A stretch of DNA of 39,619 nucleotides, taken from contig JBHLNS010000033.1 in NCBI GenBank assembly GCA_048941285.1, forward strand, positions 1 to 39,619. The letters run 5' to 3'. The position numbers and the translations under genes were made by a program. Source of the DNA: Promethearchaeota archaeon (lineage in GTDB: Archaea > Asgardarchaeota > Lokiarchaeia > Sigyniarchaeales > SOKP01). Below the pieces are notes generated by a model that did not search any database, was not told the origin of the DNA, and was given only the letters and a program-made list of their open reading frames with translations. Positions within the stretch are counted from its first letter, which is position 1; each line of letters opens with the position of its first letter. Shown here piece by piece: positions 37,696 to 39,619 of this stretch.

Positions 37696-38370
37696 TTGTA
37701 TCCAAGGGTTAGTAAAGTTATAACAAAAGAATTCAATGAGACTATTCTAAATTTTTTTACAGAAAATTATACATTTAAGGTTGATACTGAAAGATGTATC
37801 GGATGCGGATTATGTATTAAAGCTTGCCCGAATAATGCATTTTTGAATCCAACTTTAGAAGGAAAAATTAGAATTAAAACTCATGATTTAATACCAGATG
37901 TACCTGATCCACTCAAATGCTCATATTGTGGAACTTGTGCATATATCTGTCCAATGTCAGCGATATCGTTAAAATATAATAATAAATCATTAGAACATAG
38001 TGATTTAGGGATTGTAACCAAAAAAGTAGTCCCAAAATTAAATTATAAACTAATAATGTGTAATAATCCAAAAATTGAAGCTAGGGTGTATTTAGATGGG
38101 AAAATTGATGTAAACTGGGATAAATGCATTTCATGTATGTCATGTGTAGATGTGTGTCCTTCGAATGCTTTTTTTAAGTCAGAAAAACAGACGAATAAAA
38201 ATTCAATAAATAGAAAAGTATCATTTAATCAACTTAAATGTATTAAATGTGGAACTTGTGTAAGAGCATGTTCAAAAAAGGCAATTAGTATAAAAATAGA
38301 TAAGGTTAATTATTCAGGCGATTATAAAAAGATTTTTTGGGAATCCCTACTCAATCGAATTGCAGCTTAG
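37696..38370 (+). CDS. 4x[4Fe-4S] polyferredoxin, FwdF/MvhB-like
   Basis: CIGCGLCIKACP, CSYCGTCAYICP, CISCMSCVDVCP, CIKCGTCVRACS; TTG start; T-tract after the stop. Confidence 0.9.
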   Translation: MYPRVSKVITKEFNETILNFFTENYTFKVDTERCIGCGLCIKACPNNAFLNPTLEGKIRIKTHDLIPDVPDPLKCSYCGTCAYICPMSAISLKYNNKSLEHSDLGIVTKKVVPKLNYKLIMCNNPKIEARVYLDGKIDVNWDKCISCMSCVDVCPSNAFFKSEKQTNKNSINRKVSFNQLKCIKCGTCVRACSKKAISIKIDKVNYSGDYKKIFWESLLNRIAA

Positions 38371-38666
38371 TTTTTTTAAATCTATATTTAATTTTAAAAT
38401 AATTAGAAGCTTATAGTTTAAGCATTTTGTATTAATGTATGAAAAATTACTTTTATCTTATAAAGAATTAAATTTAGTTTTTAATATGGAATATTAGATA
38501 TTGATCATATTTTACTGAAAAGTGCAAAAATTCAATCACGATTCCATTAAAAAATTATGAAAAAGCATAAATCGAAAATTACAAAATTTTCAGATTTAAA
38601 CTTTTAAAGATAATCTTGTGTTAAATTTAAACTGGACCTCGTTGCGTTGTTTAAATTAGCGGTTAA

Positions 38667-38689
38667 GCGATAAATTTATATATTATCGC
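38667..38689 (+). promoter_or_regulatory. Palindromic operator-like site enclosing a TATA box
   Basis: GCGATAA-ATTTATATA-TTATCGC: perfect 7-bp inverted repeat around TTTATATA, about 60 nt upstream of the ORF at 38751. Confidence 0.55.
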
Positions 38690-38750
38690 CTTGATTTTAA
38701 ATTTAGAAAAAAATATTAAATGTAAATTAAAAATAAAAAGTTGAAAATGT

Positions 38751-38945
38751 ATGGTTGAAGTAACATTAGTTGAAGTAAAACACGAAGAAAAATTATCCTT
38801 ACCTGAATTTGAAATTGAAGGCAAAGAAAATATCGATCAATATTTTAAACTACTACTAGCTGGAACACCACGATTAAGGTTTTCCATTGTAGACAAAAAA
38901 GGAAACGAAATTTATTCTAATCTGCTTAATGTTGAAATGCGGTAA
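38751..38945 (+). CDS. Small hypothetical protein (64 aa)
   Basis: ATG start, protein-like composition, preceded by a TATA/operator element. Confidence 0.7.
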   Translation: MVEVTLVEVKHEEKLSLPEFEIEGKENIDQYFKLLLAGTPRLRFSIVDKKGNEIYSNLLNVEMR

Positions 38946-39060
38946 GAATATAAAAAGTATACTGTTGAATTTACTTTAAATTAAATTAAAATCATTTTTG
39001 CATGGAATTTGAGTTTTAAATGAAGATGAGGCTGATAAAGGCATTTTAAATTTTGGAAAA

Positions 39061-39231
39061 ATGAACCAAGAAGATATTTTTCGAGAATATAATAAATTGA
39101 AAGATAGACCATTACCAATTTGGGTCAAGGTTGCGTTGTTTAATGAGATATTACCGAAATATGTCCACGCTGTAATAATGTCTAATGAACATCAATTTGA
39201 AAAATCCAAACAATCATTCAAATTAATTTAA
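39061..39231 (+). CDS. Candidate small protein (56 aa; the frame is open upstream to 39013)
   Basis: MNQEDIFREYNKLKDRPLPIWVKVALFNEILPKYVHAVIMSNEHQFEKSKQSFKLI, co-oriented with neighbours and filling the gap. Confidence 0.5.
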   Translation: MNQEDIFREYNKLKDRPLPIWVKVALFNEILPKYVHAVIMSNEHQFEKSKQSFKLI

Positions 39232-39248
39232 AATTAATTTATTTTAAA

Positions 39249-39619
39249 ATGGAGTTAATTCCAAGGAAAATTTATGAAAATTTCATAAGTGAAAAAATAG
39301 GGAAAATTGAAACTGTAAATTTATTACTTACTCTAATTGAAAATATCGATGATGATGTTATTAGGAATGATTGTATTGATACTATAAATAAATTAGATTT
39401 TATAAATGTAGATGTTTTTAAAATTTTAGAAGATATTCTAATATCTGAACAAAACCAACGACTAAGATATTCCGCAGCCCAGGTTCTGAAACAAAAATTC
39501 ATTAAAAAATGTCTAGACCCATTTATTTGGACTCTTCAACATGAAACTTCTTATGACGTTCTAATTACAGTGATTAAATCCTTAAAAGAAACCAATGATA
39601 TTAGAATTTTCTCTGCATT
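39249..39619 (+). CDS. HEAT-repeat-like protein, 5' part (runs off the window's right edge)
   Basis: Open frame from ATG 39249: MELIPRKIYENF...LLLTLIENIDDDVIRNDCIDTINKL...FKILEDILISEQNQRLRYSAAQVL...LDPFIWTLQHE. Helical HEAT-like periodicity, as at the N-termini of Lokiarchaeia LRR proteins. Confidence 0.8.
   Translation, partial: MELIPRKIYENFISEKIGKIETVNLLLTLIENIDDDVIRNDCIDTINKLDFINVDVFKILEDILISEQNQRLRYSAAQVLKQKFIKKCLDPFIWTLQHETSYDVLITVIKSLKETNDIRIFSA

Noticed and set aside
38435-38607. Broken reading frames (MYEKLLLSYKEL.../GILDIDHILLKSAKIQSRFH*KIMKKH...) as a pseudogene
   Set aside because: No recognisable homology; compatible with random AT-rich sequence.
38998-39060. TTG-CAT-GGA-ATT-TGA in frame with the 56-aa ORF as a possible selenoprotein start
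   Set aside because: No redox motif context and no SECIS. A plain ATG start or a frameshift is simpler.
39272-39502. 76-aa minus-strand ORF
   Set aside because: Antisense to the HEAT-like + strand frame that starts at 39249 and is open to the window end.
1-39619. CRISPR array, rRNA, IS element, methanogenesis marker (mcr) or lux bioluminescence operon
   Set aside because: No regularly spaced repeats, GC-rich rRNA-like tract, transposase, mcr or luxAB/luxC gene was found. hdr, fwd and luxE alone do not imply those pathways.

Overview
Very AT-rich (about 30% GC by eye), gene-dense archaeal chromosomal DNA. The gene content points to an Asgard archaeon of the Lokiarchaeia type (inference): HdrABC/MvhD/MvhG, FwdA, an intron-containing tRNA-Cys, a C-terminal longin-like domain, a multi-PAS cytoplasmic histidine kinase and a HEAT-repeat protein. 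Anaerobic redox genes dominate. Two complete, diverged hdrCBA operons point away from each other near the two ends of the window. The second is extended by mvhD, an unknown protein and a 4x[4Fe-4S] FwdF-like polyferredoxin, and is divergent from a 466-aa MvhG-like subunit with a duplicated 8-Cys Fe-S module and no adjacent mvhA. hypE-hypD and hypF, an orphan fwdA and mobA lie between the two operons. Other notable items: a convergent pair of purF paralogues (one lacking the catalytic N-terminal Cys), a signal-less PI-PLC-like gene between hypD and hypF, an orphan LuxE-like protein, a possible nuclease-fold/longin fusion, a tRNA-Cys(GCA) with a 20-nt intron and an atypical D-loop, and several candidate small ORFs and regulatory palindromes. 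I saw no CRISPR array, rRNA, transposase, integrase or selenocysteine (in-frame TGA/SECIS) signal. All family calls come from motif recognition, not database searches.
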